DNA of 64,000 bases from Spirulina sp. (GCA_044070495.1 JBIPSI010000001.1:128001-192000); one strand, 5' to 3'. Counted from the stretch's first letter, positions 29,400 through 40,195 are shown. Translations and numbers: made by a program. The notes: generated by a model from the sequence alone, not told the origin.

Positions 29400-29641
29400 G
29401 TGAGGTCGATGAGTGAGGTGGCTGGAGTCCTCGCGGCATGGGGTTTCGCCGTAGTGCCCCAACGCTATGGCCTGCTTGGGTTATGGGGTTTTCACCCAGG
29501 ATTGTATGAAGAGTCCGGGGGGAAGCGGTCGTTTTGGGAGGTTTGCGGTTAAATAAGTAGGGGGCGCTCTATCGACATTTGTATCGATATGTGTCGTTTG
29601 TTGTCGCAGATATTTTCCTCAAATTTTTCAAACTTTAGGAC

Positions 29642-30931
29642 GTGAGCATGAAGCGTTTTTGGATGACTTGGCCCTCCCAGGCCCGCCAGCAACCCCTTCG
29701 GCGACCCTCCCTAAGGCCCGTGCGCTTCAAACGCCTGAAGTCGATTCCCTTACCCTCGTTGTATCCAGGCACCTGGCGACAAAACACCACCACCCAGCGG
29801 CTACAGATGGCGGGGGGGATGGCCCTGGTTGGGCTGGTGTTAACTCAATTGCCCGTTGCCCCCACCTCCCTGTGGCGAACTCCGGTAGAACCCATGGCGG
29901 TGCAGTCTTCCCTGTGGGAGAGTACGGGGTTGGTGCGGCAGTCGGTGGTGGATCTCTACCGGGCGCGGCGGCTGTTTATGCAGGCGGCCCCGCCTTCGGA
30001 CTCCACACCCTCGGCCCAGGCCCCAGGGCAATCCGGTGCTGAGGCTTCTCTAACGGCCAGCACGGCTTCAACCGCCACCGCCGTCAGTGCGCCCCCCTCG
30101 GCTTCCGCGTCCGCCAGCGTAGCCCCTGGGGCAAATCGATCTCTGCCCCAGCCGCCAACGCCCCCTAGCCCCGCCGCCAACGCCGCCTTCGACCCCGCCA
30201 AAACCATCGACACCAATTTGGAAATGCGGGTAGCGGTGGCCAAGGGCGTGAGTTCCCTAGAGGTGGCCACCTCCAACGATGGTTATCTGATGGATCTCAA
30301 CGGCCAGGGATTTTGTAACCTCCCGGCCCAAAAGAGTATGGTGCTGCGTCCCCAGGGGGGTGGCCTAGGCTATGGCGGTTGCCAGCTTACCAACACCGCT
30401 TGGCTAGAGCCAGGGGAAGGTGGTTATGTCTATGTGGGGGATAAGTGGTTCAAGGGCCGAGTGCTGCTGATGGGCAATGGTTCCACCCTCACCGCCGTCA
30501 ACTTTGTGCTGATGCACGACTATCTCAGCAGTGTGGTGGGCAGCGAAATGTATGTGACTTGGCCCCTCGAAGCCCTCAAGGCCCAGGCCGTAGCGGCGCG
30601 TTCCTACGCCCTGGTGCACCACGTCCGCCATGCTAACCGTCCCTACGACCTGGATAACACCCAGCGTTACCAGGCCTACCTCGGTATTGCCAAGGAAACC
30701 AACACCACCCAGGCCGCTGTGGCCGCCACCACGGGGGAATTCATCAGCTACAACGGCGGCATTGTCGAGTCCCTCTATGCCGCCTCCGATGCCATTGTAC
30801 AAGCGGCCCATGGCGGCAAAGGCATGAGCCAAACTGGAGCCATGGAACTGGCCCGCCAGGGCTATGGCTACACCGAAATCCTCGGCAACTACTACCCAAA
30901 CACCAGCCTCTCTCGCCTTGTGGTGCAATGA
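29642..30931 (+). CDS. SpoIID/LytB domain protein
   Basis: YLSSVVGSEM..WPLEALKAQAVAARSYA, GMSQTGA, ILGNYYP; start uncertain. Confidence 0.88.
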   Translation: MSMKRFWMTWPSQARQQPLRRPSLRPVRFKRLKSIPLPSLYPGTWRQNTTTQRLQMAGGMALVGLVLTQLPVAPTSLWRTPVEPMAVQSSLWESTGLVRQSVVDLYRARRLFMQAAPPSDSTPSAQAPGQSGAEASLTASTASTATAVSAPPSASASASVAPGANRSLPQPPTPPSPAANAAFDPAKTIDTNLEMRVAVAKGVSSLEVATSNDGYLMDLNGQGFCNLPAQKSMVLRPQGGGLGYGGCQLTNTAWLEPGEGGYVYVGDKWFKGRVLLMGNGSTLTAVNFVLMHDYLSSVVGSEMYVTWPLEALKAQAVAARSYALVHHVRHANRPYDLDNTQRYQAYLGIAKETNTTQAAVAATTGEFISYNGGIVESLYAASDAIVQAAHGGKGMSQTGAMELARQGYGYTEILGNYYPNTSLSRLVVQ

Positions 30932-30942
30932 GGCCAGCGGTA

Positions 30943-31032
30943 CCCTCGGACTCAACGAGATTCTCGGAGTCACTAAGGCTCTCGGAGTCACTAAGGCTCT
31001 CGGACTCCATGAGGCTCTCGGAGCGGAGAGAG
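30943..31032. repeat. 18-bp tandem repeat, 5 imperfect units (CTCTCGGAGTCACTAAGG-like)
   Basis: Units start at 30943, 30961, 30979, 30997 and 31015; lies between convergent genes. Confidence 0.85.
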
Positions 31033-31044
31033 TCAAGGATAGAA

Positions 31045-31476
31045 CTAATCTCCGCCAATGCTGATGGGGGTGCCGACGATTTCGGTGCCCGTGAGGTTGG
31101 CATTGATCCAGGAGGATCCGGCCACCTCGGCAAAGTAGATCTGGGCATCCGTGAGGTTGGCCTCATCTAAGATGGCATTGTTGAGCAAGGCGTTAGTTAA
31201 AAAGGCCTGACTAAGGTTGGCCCCCTCTAGGTTAGCCCCCGACAAATCCGCCCCCTCTAGGTTGGCCTCCGTGAGGTTAGCCCCCTCTAGGTTGGCTCCC
31301 GACAAATCCGCCCCGATCAGGTGAGCCTGGGTGAGGTCGGCCCCCGACAAATCGCAGCCAGCACAGAGGTTGGTGGTGAGAAGCTGCTGCACCTGGGCAG
31401 GGTTTTCGGCCTGGGTGGGCAACGCAACGATCAATGGCAGCACCAGGGCGGTTCCCAGCGCAAGGGCAAGTTTCAT
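31045..31476 (-). CDS. Secreted pentapeptide repeat protein
   Basis: Signal peptide, CAGCDLSGADL, A(D/N)L(S/E)G repeats. Confidence 0.92.
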   Translation of the reverse strand: MKLALALGTALVLPLIVALPTQAENPAQVQQLLTTNLCAGCDLSGADLTQAHLIGADLSGANLEGANLTEANLEGADLSGANLEGANLSQAFLTNALLNNAILDEANLTDAQIYFAEVAGSSWINANLTGTEIVGTPISIGGD

Positions 31477-31866
31477 GGCATTCCTCCAGGGTGGGGTGCA
31501 GCGCCTCCTGGCAAGGTCAGGCTACCTGAGGATAGGATGCAAACGGGGCAATAACGGGTTTCCCTGGGCTGAGTCTTGCCTAGGCCGAGTTTTGCCTAGA
31601 TCTGCATAAGCGAGATCTAAATCAATCTGAAGCGCTATACCATGATCGTCGCATATTCCCAAGGTCGCTGTCAGGATAAGGGCAACCACCGTAAAGAAAC
31701 GAAAGAAACGCGCCCATTAAAATACCCAAGCGCCCTAGAAACGCCTGGGTATGCTCAGGGTGTATGGGGTCAAATTATGGCCTGACGCCCCTAAACCAAT
31801 CGCCTGAACTGCAACACCCATCGACATGGGGGGCGTAGGGGTTCATGCTGCGGTAGGGGATTGGGC

Positions 31867-32202
31867 TTAGCTGTTGGGTTGAGCGTTTACAGCGGTGGCC
31901 CCATCCACACCCATGGCCACTTGTTTGGCACGCTCCAGCACACTCTCAGCATCGGGGTTGTACTTGAGGACGACGGTGGAACCCGTTTGGGCCACCCACA
32001 GGCCAACGCTATCGGAAATGTTGGCGTCGTCTAGGGCTTTGGCGACCCGCTTGGCGAGGCCGCTTTCGTCAAACTGGCCATCTAGACCCACCTTTTCGGG
32101 GGGGATTCCGGCGCTGGAGGCGGCAGCAGCCACGTTAACGGGGCCAGCGCTAGCGGCTTTGTCTTCTTCTTTTTTGCCGAAGAGTTTACCTAAGAAACCC
32201 AT
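31867..32202 (-). CDS. BON-like phospholipid-binding protein
   Basis: PPEKVGLDGQFDESGLAKRVA..VWVAQTGSTVVLK; start at MGFLGKLFG. Confidence 0.75.
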   Translation of the reverse strand: MGFLGKLFGKKEEDKAASAGPVNVAAAASSAGIPPEKVGLDGQFDESGLAKRVAKALDDANISDSVGLWVAQTGSTVVLKYNPDAESVLERAKQVAMGVDGATAVNAQPNS

Positions 32203-32350
32203 GATTGTCTCCTTTGGGGGCAAATTGAATAAAAGGGGGCTGATTTACATCAACTTCCGGCTTAACTTAGCCTCAGCCGGGTCGGTAGTCAAGACTGCTT
32301 GATACATTACCCACAAAAAAGAAGAAACCTACATATTCCGAATCCCGGCA

Positions 32351-32480
32351 CTGACTGACTGACAAAAGATTTTGCGTCGGGCGCGAAAACCACGCCCCTA
32401 CAGCATGGGTTTTATGTAGGGGCGTGGTCTCTTGACCCTTTGGCGGATCTGGGTTTTCTCAAGTTTTGTCCGTCACCCAG
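32351..32480 (-). mobile_element. ~130-bp MITE/REP-like element, copy 1
   Basis: Imperfect terminal IRs CTGACTGACTGACAAAA / TTTTGTCCGTCACCCAG; internal ACCACGCCCCTACA/TGTAGGGGCGTGGT hairpin; reverse complement aligns with 36715-36842. Confidence 0.75.
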
Positions 32481-32490
32481 ATTTCGGCAT

Positions 32491-32518
32491 CCCCAATCCC
32501 CAATCCCCAATCCCCAAT
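32491..32518 (+). repeat. STRR1-type heptamer (CCCCAAT)4
   Basis: Four exact units just beyond the RDD gene stop. Confidence 0.9.
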
Positions 32519-32520
32519 CT

Positions 32521-33306
32521 TTACGACCGATTGCCCTGCTGATAGGCCCAATACAGCGCTTCTAGGAAGGTGTCCGTGGTCATCTCCGTCGGCAGCGTTT
32601 CTAAACCAATCTGATCCCGATAACGGCGGGCCATTTGGTCGCTGACCTGGTGTTTGGCCTTGGGGCTAAGGGTGGCGCGTCGTTGCAGAAAGTCGCGGAT
32701 GGTAGCGAGGTCGTCGGGGCTGAGTTTGGCCATATCCGCCAGGGCCAAGAGATCCTGTCCAATCGCTTGGGATCGTTCTGGAATCGTGATTTTACCGCCG
32801 CTGTTAGGATCAACCTGTACCACCAAGGTACCCGCCAGCCAGTCGCCAAGGCGCTTTTCCTGGGGGGTGAGTAGAATGCAGAAAAAGCCCAGAAACAGAA
32901 TGTCATCCACCGGGCGCAGGAGGGAACGCAGGGTGGCCTGCATGATCCGTTCCGGTTGGCCATCGTCGCGGATGACGCGGATTTTGGTGTAGCGTTTGCC
33001 CGGACTTTGGCCAAACCACAGGGTTTCAAACAGCACAAAATAGCCGATGTAAAGGGCAAACAGCAGCACCAGAAAGATGGCGGTAATCCAAAGCTGGATG
33101 GTTTCCGTGGCGGTGGATAGCACCGACTCTAGGGCGAAAACCTGAATCAGCAAAAAGCTGTAGAGCAACGACAGGGCCAAAATGCCCATGCCCAAACAGA
33201 GATAATCCACCACCAGCGCCACGGCTCGGCTGCCAATGCCCGCCAGCACAAACTCCAGTTCAATGCTTTCGGGGGTGCGAATAGTAATAGTTCTAAATAG
33301 GCTCAT
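32521..33306 (-). CDS. RDD family membrane protein
   Basis: TPESIELEFVLAGIGSRAVALVVD, GQSPGKR, KRLGDWLAGTLVV; start at MSLFRT. Confidence 0.88.
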   Translation of the reverse strand: MSLFRTITIRTPESIELEFVLAGIGSRAVALVVDYLCLGMGILALSLLYSFLLIQVFALESVLSTATETIQLWITAIFLVLLFALYIGYFVLFETLWFGQSPGKRYTKIRVIRDDGQPERIMQATLRSLLRPVDDILFLGFFCILLTPQEKRLGDWLAGTLVVQVDPNSGGKITIPERSQAIGQDLLALADMAKLSPDDLATIRDFLQRRATLSPKAKHQVSDQMARRYRDQIGLETLPTEMTTDTFLEALYWAYQQGNRS

Positions 33307-33349
33307 GGTCTCAGTAGGCTCATGGGTGGCGCATGGATACCGTTGCCTT

Positions 33350-34582
33350 CTAAAATCCGTAGGCCCAGCGGGCGCGATAGCCGCGAGTATCGATGTGGGT
33401 GAAGGCGGAGGAACTGGCCAAGCCCCCCCGGTTGCCCCACCAGTCATCCAAGCGCTTGTAGACATCGTGGGGATGGATACCGGAGACATTGAAATCTACC
33501 GCATCGCCTAGGATGTGGCGAGAACGACTGGCCCCACCCACGGCGGCATTGATGGCCCTAGGTCGGTACCAAGAATTAATCGTGACGGAGCGCCCCCCAT
33601 AAATTTGCCGAATTTCCTCTAGGGCTTGGGCGATGCGCACAATGCCGTAGACCACCTGGGCGCTTTCGGGGATGCGGGTGCCGTTGTGGGTGGCTTCCCC
33701 CCAGGTAAAGTTGCCGGGGCCGCCGCTGGCGGTTTTCCAGAGAATAGGATAATTGGTGTAGTAGATGGCGCTAAAGCCCGGAAACCGCATTGCCTTACCA
33801 GGGGATTTGGGGGAGGCGGCGGGTTTTGCCGGACGTTGATCTCTCGGTTGATTGTTGGGTTCGTTACCGTTGATTTCCACATCGGGAACGTAGGCGTACC
33901 AGGTATTGCGCCGCTGTGGCCCCAGCCCGGTTCCTTCCAGGGCCACTTTGATGTGGTTTCGCTCGACGCTGCCGTAGGAATTCAGCCAAAAGACCGTGTT
34001 TTTCTTGGTAAAAAATTTGTCATCCGCCGTCAGTTCCGCCGAAAGTTGGGGCTGGGCCTTTAGCAGCGTATCGCTGACAATGCGAAGCTCTTGGCGGGCA
34101 CCGGAAACCTTCACATCGGGCTGATAGACGTACCAGGTATTACGGTTTTCTGGCCCTAGGTTGGCTCCGGCCAGGGTAATTTTGAAATGGTTCCCTAGGG
34201 CTGGCAAATAGCCGAGCAGAGCATACTGAGTGCCTGTTTTTACAAATACTTTTTGGTGGTCGGCCAGTTGGCTAGAGAGGGTGGGCGCTTGCTTAAAGAG
34301 CGTATCGCTTACCACCGTGAGCTGCACCGAGGTTTGGATTTCCACATGGGGTTCATAGACCAACCAGGTCACCGTTTGTTGATCGTCTAAGGTCGGGTTG
34401 GCGAGAATTATCTGCCAATGGTCGCCCAAATCCACGTAGTACTGAATATCGAGGGTTTTTCCCTCCGGCACCAACACCTTTTCTGCCTCCGGCAGTTGAT
34501 CCGCCGCTGCAAGGCGCTTTTTGAAGTAGGTTGCTTGCTTTGTTCTTAGGTACATAACATTGCCCTGCGGATCCGGTGACAT
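33350..34582 (-). CDS. Peptidase M15A (D-Ala-D-Ala carboxypeptidase family) with N-terminal repeats
   Basis: INSWYRP, SRHILGDAVD, FTHIDTRG; three DTLxK...WYVY repeats. Confidence 0.88.
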   Translation of the reverse strand: MSPDPQGNVMYLRTKQATYFKKRLAAADQLPEAEKVLVPEGKTLDIQYYVDLGDHWQIILANPTLDDQQTVTWLVYEPHVEIQTSVQLTVVSDTLFKQAPTLSSQLADHQKVFVKTGTQYALLGYLPALGNHFKITLAGANLGPENRNTWYVYQPDVKVSGARQELRIVSDTLLKAQPQLSAELTADDKFFTKKNTVFWLNSYGSVERNHIKVALEGTGLGPQRRNTWYAYVPDVEINGNEPNNQPRDQRPAKPAASPKSPGKAMRFPGFSAIYYTNYPILWKTASGGPGNFTWGEATHNGTRIPESAQVVYGIVRIAQALEEIRQIYGGRSVTINSWYRPRAINAAVGGASRSRHILGDAVDFNVSGIHPHDVYKRLDDWWGNRGGLASSSAFTHIDTRGYRARWAYGF

Positions 34583-34779
34583 ACTGCGGTCTGCTCACAG
34601 TTATGCCCAAATTCTAGGCAGAACTTAGGGATTAGGCCGATTTTTTCCAAACCTTTTCTATACCTTTAGAATCGGCCAGTCACGAAAGTTAATATTAGAC
34701 CGATGGGCAACGGGCTAGGGTAACCCTTGGCCCCAGTTTACCGGGGTTGTCGCCCTTCTCTACTCTGGCAGGTCTGGCT

Positions 34780-35823
34780 ATGGCAGAGGTTCCCCCAATC
34801 AAGCTGGCCATCGTCGGGCTGGGGCGATGGGGTGTGCACTTGTTACGAAACTTTTTGGCCCTGCCTGGGGCTGAAGTCGTCGCGGTGGTGGAGGCCAACC
34901 CAGATCGCCTTAGCCAAATGCAGGGGCAGTTTACCCTGCCAGCGGGCGGACAGTGGTATAGCGACTGGGCCTCTGCCTTGGCGTTGCCCGCCTTAGATGC
35001 GGTGGTGATTGCTACCCCCGCCAGCACCCACTACGACCTGATCCAGACTGCCCTGGATCGGGGGCTACATGTGCTGAGCGAAAAACCCCTCACCCTAGAC
35101 TCCGCCAGTTCCGCCGCCCTCTGTCGCCTAGCCCAGGCTCAACAACGGCAGTTGATGGTAGATCACACCTACCTCTTCCATCCAGTGGTGCAGCGGGGGC
35201 AAGCGCTCTGCCAGCAGGGGATTTTAGGCGATTTGCGCTACGCTTACGCCGCCCGTACCAACCTTGGCCCCGTGCGCCCAGATGCCGATGCCCTGTGGGA
35301 TCTGGCTATCCACGACCTATCAATTCTCAACCACTGGCTGGGTCAGGAACCTGTTCAGGTTAACGCCTGGGGATCGATCTGGCTTCAGCCCCAGCCTCGG
35401 CCCCACTTCCCAAACGGGCTGCGGGATGTGGGTTGGGTGCGCCTCACCTATGCCAGCGGCCTAGAGGCGACGGTGCAGGTCAGTTGGCTGAACCCCGACA
35501 AACAGCGACGGCTGGGCTTGGTGGGCAGTCAGGGCACCTTGGTGTTTGACGAAATGCAGTCGGCTCAGCCCCTCACCCTTTACCCCGGCCATCTGGAATC
35601 CCAAGGGTCGGCCTTTGTGCCCGTCGTCAGCCCGCCCCAGGCCATCGCCTATGCCCCCGCCGAACCCCTGGCCCAGGTCTGTCAGCATTTCCTAGACTGT
35701 GTGCGCCATCAGCGGCCCTCGCCCCTGTCCTCCGGTGAGATGGCGACCCGTTTGGTACAGGTGATGGAAGCCATCACCCAATCCGCCGAGCAGGCCACAG
35801 CGGTCGCCCTACCCTGGGCCTAG
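34780..35823 (+). CDS. Gfo/Idh/MocA family oxidoreductase
   Basis: GLGRWG, IATPASTH, LSEKPLT, WDLAIHD; start approximate. Confidence 0.88.
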   Translation: MAEVPPIKLAIVGLGRWGVHLLRNFLALPGAEVVAVVEANPDRLSQMQGQFTLPAGGQWYSDWASALALPALDAVVIATPASTHYDLIQTALDRGLHVLSEKPLTLDSASSAALCRLAQAQQRQLMVDHTYLFHPVVQRGQALCQQGILGDLRYAYAARTNLGPVRPDADALWDLAIHDLSILNHWLGQEPVQVNAWGSIWLQPQPRPHFPNGLRDVGWVRLTYASGLEATVQVSWLNPDKQRRLGLVGSQGTLVFDEMQSAQPLTLYPGHLESQGSAFVPVVSPPQAIAYAPAEPLAQVCQHFLDCVRHQRPSPLSSGEMATRLVQVMEAITQSAEQATAVALPWA

Positions 35824-36248
35824 CCTTTTCTGCCCAGCGGTAGAGGGCAGATTCCCCTGGTGGAGGGAGGGCTTTAGAGGCTGGCTTCCCCTAGCCTAGG
35901 GTTAGGGAGTTTTGCCATTACCACGGTCGATGAAGTGGCGGATTATCACCGCAACCCGCGAAGACTGACAGAGCCGTCCTGACGAAATAGCCTCGACACC
36001 ATGTCAAGGAATACTTCCATCCGTAAATACACAATAAGTTTGTTTGGGTGGCCAGGGTGCATGGGCTATAGATAGGAAAGTCGGCGCGAGGGCGTGCCAG
36101 CGCTGTCGGTTCGCCCTAGGTTCGGTGGCTCGATTCTCCCTAGGCCGAAGCCGTGGTCGAGGTCTATCCCCATTCCCGAATTCCCAGCCATCGTCAGTCT
36201 ATCCATCGCCGTTGATGCCTCTAACGTCTCTGTTCCTCACACCCTTAG

Positions 36249-36602
36249 ATGACTATGAAAACCTCCTACCCTTTGCTCGTTACCCTAACTGTCCTGGGGC
36301 TCAGTAGTGCCGCCCTCCCTGCCTGGGCAGGCTCAACCCTAGAACCCCCGGTTGCAGTCTCCATGACCGATGTGGTGCAGTCTACCCCCCACAGTGCCGA
36401 TCATCTCAACCATTTGGCCGGACGCATCCAGCGCCGCATGGCCGCTACCGACAACCCAGAGGCCATGTCCACCCTAGATTTTCAGCAGATTCCCCTGGTG
36501 GGCGATCTGTTGGATGAGGACGGTAACCTCAACCTGCCCCTGGGCCTGACGATTTACAACACCATGGGCGATACCTCCATTGGCTTTGGCTCCGAGTTTT
36601 AA
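36249..36602 (+). CDS. Exported hypothetical protein
   Basis: Signal-peptide-like N-terminus; C-terminal LPLGLTIY..IGFGSEF. Confidence 0.6.
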   Translation: MTMKTSYPLLVTLTVLGLSSAALPAWAGSTLEPPVAVSMTDVVQSTPHSADHLNHLAGRIQRRMAATDNPEAMSTLDFQQIPLVGDLLDEDGNLNLPLGLTIYNTMGDTSIGFGSEF

Positions 36603-36714
36603 TACGCATCGTCTAGGCGGCTAGCGCGACATTCCTAAGGATCCAATCTTTTTTAGAGCAAACCCGCATCAGAAAAACTCGATGCCCAATCCAGAAGATA
36701 GGGTTGAGGCCGCC

Positions 36715-36842
36715 TTGGTTGACAGACAAAACTTGCTGGAACCCATATCTGTCAAAGGGGCAGGAGACCTGACCCCTATATGCAACCTGCTGTAGGGGGG
36801 CGGTTTTCGCGCCCGACGCAGAAGCTTCTGTCTGTCAGCCAG
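36715..36842 (+). mobile_element. ~130-bp MITE/REP-like element, copy 2
   Basis: TGACAGACAAAACTTG...TGCTGTAGGGG..GGTTTTCGCGCCCGACGCA..CTGTCTGTCAGCCAG; colinear with the reverse complement of 32351-32480. Confidence 0.75.
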
Positions 36843-37036
36843 GAGGTCTCTTCACCCAGCCCGATATTGGGGGTAAGCCACCAGGAGTTTGGGTCAGGTT
36901 CCAAGTAGGAGGGGCGGATAATTTGATCGGTTTTCCTAAAAATCAAAATTGCCGCCTTTCCTAGGCCAAAGGCCGTTTCTGACGGTGGGCAAGGTTTATA
37001 CTCTATACCCAGTGCCGCACGTTGGGGTAGGGATTT

Positions 37037-37678
37037 TTGGGCGTCGATCTTCGTAGTTACGTATACATAGATAATCTGCAACCCCAGCACGCCGCCTACA
37101 TGGGCACCGTATCCCTGGGCTTTTTGCCGCTGCCGGGGGATGCCTCCCTGTGGATTGAAATTTCCCCCGGCATTGAGATCAACCGCATCCTCGACATTGG
37201 CCTCAAGGCGGCGGTGGTACGCCCCGGTACGCTGATTGTGGAACGCCTCTACGGGCTGCTAGAACTCCACGCCAACAAGCAGGGGGAAGTCCACGCCGCT
37301 GGCCAAGCCATGCTCGATGCCCTAGGGGTGAGCTATCGGGAACGCCTCAAGCCTCGGATTATCTCCAGCCAGGTGATCCGCAACCTTGACCCCCACCATG
37401 TGCAACTGATCAACCGCAACCGCCGAGGCAATATGATCGTCGCAGGCCAAACCCTCTACGTGTTTGAGGTGGAGCCTGCCGCCTATGCCTCCCTGGCCGC
37501 CAACGAAGCCGAAAAAGCCGCCCTGATCAACATTCTGCAAATTAGTTCCGTGGGTAGCTTTGGTCGCCTCTACCTAGGGGGCGAAGAGCGTGATATTTTA
37601 GCGGCCCAGCAAGCTGTCCTCGCCGCCATGGAATCGGTGGCGGGGCGCGACCATTCCGACTACCAGCGCCAAGAATAG
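37037..37678 (+). CDS. ccmP: Carboxysome tandem-BMC shell protein CcmP
   Basis: [56 protein letters not shown]. Confidence 0.92.
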   Translation: MGVDLRSYVYIDNLQPQHAAYMGTVSLGFLPLPGDASLWIEISPGIEINRILDIGLKAAVVRPGTLIVERLYGLLELHANKQGEVHAAGQAMLDALGVSYRERLKPRIISSQVIRNLDPHHVQLINRNRRGNMIVAGQTLYVFEVEPAAYASLAANEAEKAALINILQISSVGSFGRLYLGGEERDILAAQQAVLAAMESVAGRDHSDYQRQE

Positions 37679-37691
37679 TGGCCTACCTCCT

Positions 37692-37973
37692 ATGACCGAT
37701 CCCCGATTGCCCCAGTCCAACGATGGCGACTCCAGCAACGGATCGACGCCGCCGATGCCCAGATCCCACGCGGATCGACTGCCCCAGCCCCCCCCAGCAC
37801 CCCAGGCCCCGATTACCGAAACCCTCAGCCCCGGCATGAAGCGAGACATTCGGCGGGCCTTTTTGATTTTGCTGGGCACAGGACTCGTGATCGGCCTCCT
37901 TACCGCCACGGGGATCGTCCTGGTGATGAATCATTTCAACCTGATCGGCGTACCGGAACAAACCGCCCCCTAA
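37692..37973 (+). CDS. Hypothetical single-pass membrane protein
   Basis: Pro-rich N-terminus, one TM segment. Confidence 0.6.
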   Translation: MTDPRLPQSNDGDSSNGSTPPMPRSHADRLPQPPPAPQAPITETLSPGMKRDIRRAFLILLGTGLVIGLLTATGIVLVMNHFNLIGVPEQTAP

Positions 37974-38938
37974 CTCGCCCGTCGCTGACGAATTTGGGCC
38001 ATAAAAAACTCCTCCAGGCTTGGTCGGGCCTGTTGCAGGGAAATAATCTCAGCCCCCATTTGGGAAAGCTGCTGCACAAAGGCGTAGGGATTGCCCGTCA
38101 GGTGGCCATGCCAGAGATCCCCCTGCACCGTCAGATGATCCAGCCAGGGATCGATCTGACTAAACTGCCCCCCTCGCCCCCGCACCTGATACTGATCGGC
38201 GGTACCCAGCAGATCGCTAAGGTTCCCCACACAGACCAAATCCCCCTGATCCAAAATGGCGATGCGGTCGCAAATTACCTCCACATCGGAGAGGATGTGA
38301 CTGTTAAAAAAGATGGTTTTGCCCTCCCGTTTCAGGGCCAAGATAATTTCCCGCACCTGAAACCGCCCGGTGGGATCAAGGCCCGACATCGGCTCATCTA
38401 AAAAGACCAAGTCGGGGTCATTCACAAGGGCCTGGGCAATGCCAATGCGTTGCAGCATCCCCTTAGAATATTGCCGTAGCTGCTTCTTTTTGGCGGCCTC
38501 CTGGGGTAGCCCGACCAAGTCTAAAAGTTCCACAATGCGGCGCTGGCGGGCGGCGGCGGAAAGGCCAAACAGTCCGGCGGTGTATTGCAAAAATTCCCAA
38601 CCCGTCAAAAAATCGTAGAAGTAGGGATTTTCAGGCAGATAGCCCAACCGCTGTTTCACGGTGTAATCCCCCAGAGGTTGCCCCAACAACTGGGCCTGCC
38701 CTGCGGTGGGTCGAATAATGCCCAGCAGGGTTTTCAGCAGCGTCGTTTTTCCGGCACCGTTGGGGCCAAGCAAGCCAAAGGTTTCCCCCTGGTAAATGGT
38801 GAGGGAACAATGCTGGAGCGAGGTAATCCGCTGATTTAGCCAAAACCCCGTGCGATAGGTTTTGCCTAGATCCTGGGTTTCAATCACCACGGGCTTCGGC
38901 TGAGAATTGGCCGCAGGAGGGGACACAACGTTGCTCAT
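37970..38938 (-). CDS. ABC transporter ATP-binding protein
   Basis: GPNGAGKTT, YSKGMLQR, FLDEP, FFNSH. Confidence 0.92.
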   Translation of the reverse strand: MSNVVSPPAANSQPKPVVIETQDLGKTYRTGFWLNQRITSLQHCSLTIYQGETFGLLGPNGAGKTTLLKTLLGIIRPTAGQAQLLGQPLGDYTVKQRLGYLPENPYFYDFLTGWEFLQYTAGLFGLSAAARQRRIVELLDLVGLPQEAAKKKQLRQYSKGMLQRIGIAQALVNDPDLVFLDEPMSGLDPTGRFQVREIILALKREGKTIFFNSHILSDVEVICDRIAILDQGDLVCVGNLSDLLGTADQYQVRGRGGQFSQIDPWLDHLTVQGDLWHGHLTGNPYAFVQQLSQMGAEIISLQQARPSLEEFFMAQIRQRRAS

Positions 38939-39025
38939 AAAATCGCCAGCCCAACAAGGACATCAACACCTGTCCTAGAATACACAGACAACCCCCTAGG
39001 GGTACCCCTGTGTGAGAAAAACGCC

Positions 39026-39259
39026 ATGGATCGCTCAAAAATCGTCGCCATTGTCACCGGAGTCCTGTCCTTGCTGCTGGCCATAGGCTATCTGCTGTTG
39101 GTGCAGCTTCTAGACTTTCGGGGAGAGATGATCCCCGCGCCCATTTCCCTCCTTCCCTCACCCTCGGTAGCGGTAGGGAACCTAGCTCAGTCCATCGCTG
39201 TCGATCTGTTTAGGGGCGCTCCTGCCCTGACCCCATCGTGGCTTGAGGACGCAGCCTAA
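39026..39259 (+). CDS. Small conserved-type cyanobacterial membrane protein
   Basis: RSKIVAIVTG..YLLLVQLLDFRGEMIPAP, single TM. Confidence 0.6.
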   Translation: MDRSKIVAIVTGVLSLLLAIGYLLLVQLLDFRGEMIPAPISLLPSPSVAVGNLAQSIAVDLFRGAPALTPSWLEDAA

Positions 39260-39493
39260 GGTGAAGAATTGACGACAAACCCCAGTGAATATTAGAAATT
39301 TCTATAATTGTGCGTCATTTCTTGGTCTGATGCTGGGATACCTATCGTGGCTTAGGCTGACAGCGGCTAGGGCAAGCAATCGACCTCAGCCGTGGAGCGA
39401 CCTAGGGGTCAGAATCCAACCTGACTAACTTTCCCATAGTATTATTGCGATTAAAATCAAAAAGTTTATTCCTTAGCAAACCAGCAGGACACC

Positions 39494-40195
39494 ATGGCTA
39501 TGCAATCGTTAGAGACTGAAACCACCTTTGACTATCAGTCTGAGGGTTACAAGGACGCCTACAGCCGCATCAACGCAATTGTGATTGAGGGTGAGCAGGA
39601 GGCCTACGACAACTACTGCAAGCTGGCGGAACGTCTGCCCGACCATGGGGCGGAACTGCTGCGTTTGGCCAAAATGGAAAGCCGCCACATGAAAGGCTTC
39701 CAAGCCTGCGGCAGGAACCTCTCCGTTACCCCCGACATGGACTTTGCGCGGGAGTTCTTCGCCCAACTGCACCGCAACTTCCAGCAGGCCTGGGCCGAGG
39801 GCAAAATCGTCACCTGCCTGCTGATCCAGTCCCTGATCATCGAAACCTTCGCCATTTCGGCCTACAACATCTATATTCCTGTGGCCGACGACTTTGCCCG
39901 CAAAATCACCGAAGGCGTGGTGAAGGACGAATACATGCACCTCAACTTTGGCGAAGAGTGGCTAAAGGCCAACTTTGAAGCCTCCAAGGAAGAACTGGAG
40001 CAGGCCAACCGGGAAAACCTACCCCTGGTGTGGGCCATGCTAAACCAGGTAGCCGACGATGCGCGGGTGCTGGGCATGGAAAAAGACGCCCTGATTGAAG
40101 ACTTCATGATCACCTACGGCGAAGCCCTAGCCAACATCGGCTTCTCCAGTCGGGAAGTGATGAAGCTCTCCGCCCAGGGGCTAGCCGCCGCTTAG
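39494..40195 (+). CDS. ado: Aldehyde-deformylating oxygenase
   Basis: [33 protein letters not shown] di-iron motifs. Confidence 0.96.
   Translation: MAMQSLETETTFDYQSEGYKDAYSRINAIVIEGEQEAYDNYCKLAERLPDHGAELLRLAKMESRHMKGFQACGRNLSVTPDMDFAREFFAQLHRNFQQAWAEGKIVTCLLIQSLIIETFAISAYNIYIPVADDFARKITEGVVKDEYMHLNFGEEWLKANFEASKEELEQANRENLPLVWAMLNQVADDARVLGMEKDALIEDFMITYGEALANIGFSSREVMKLSAQGLAAA

Noticed and set aside
30943..31032. Mini-CRISPR array
   Set aside because: The 18-bp period is far too short and there is no similarity to the I-D repeat.
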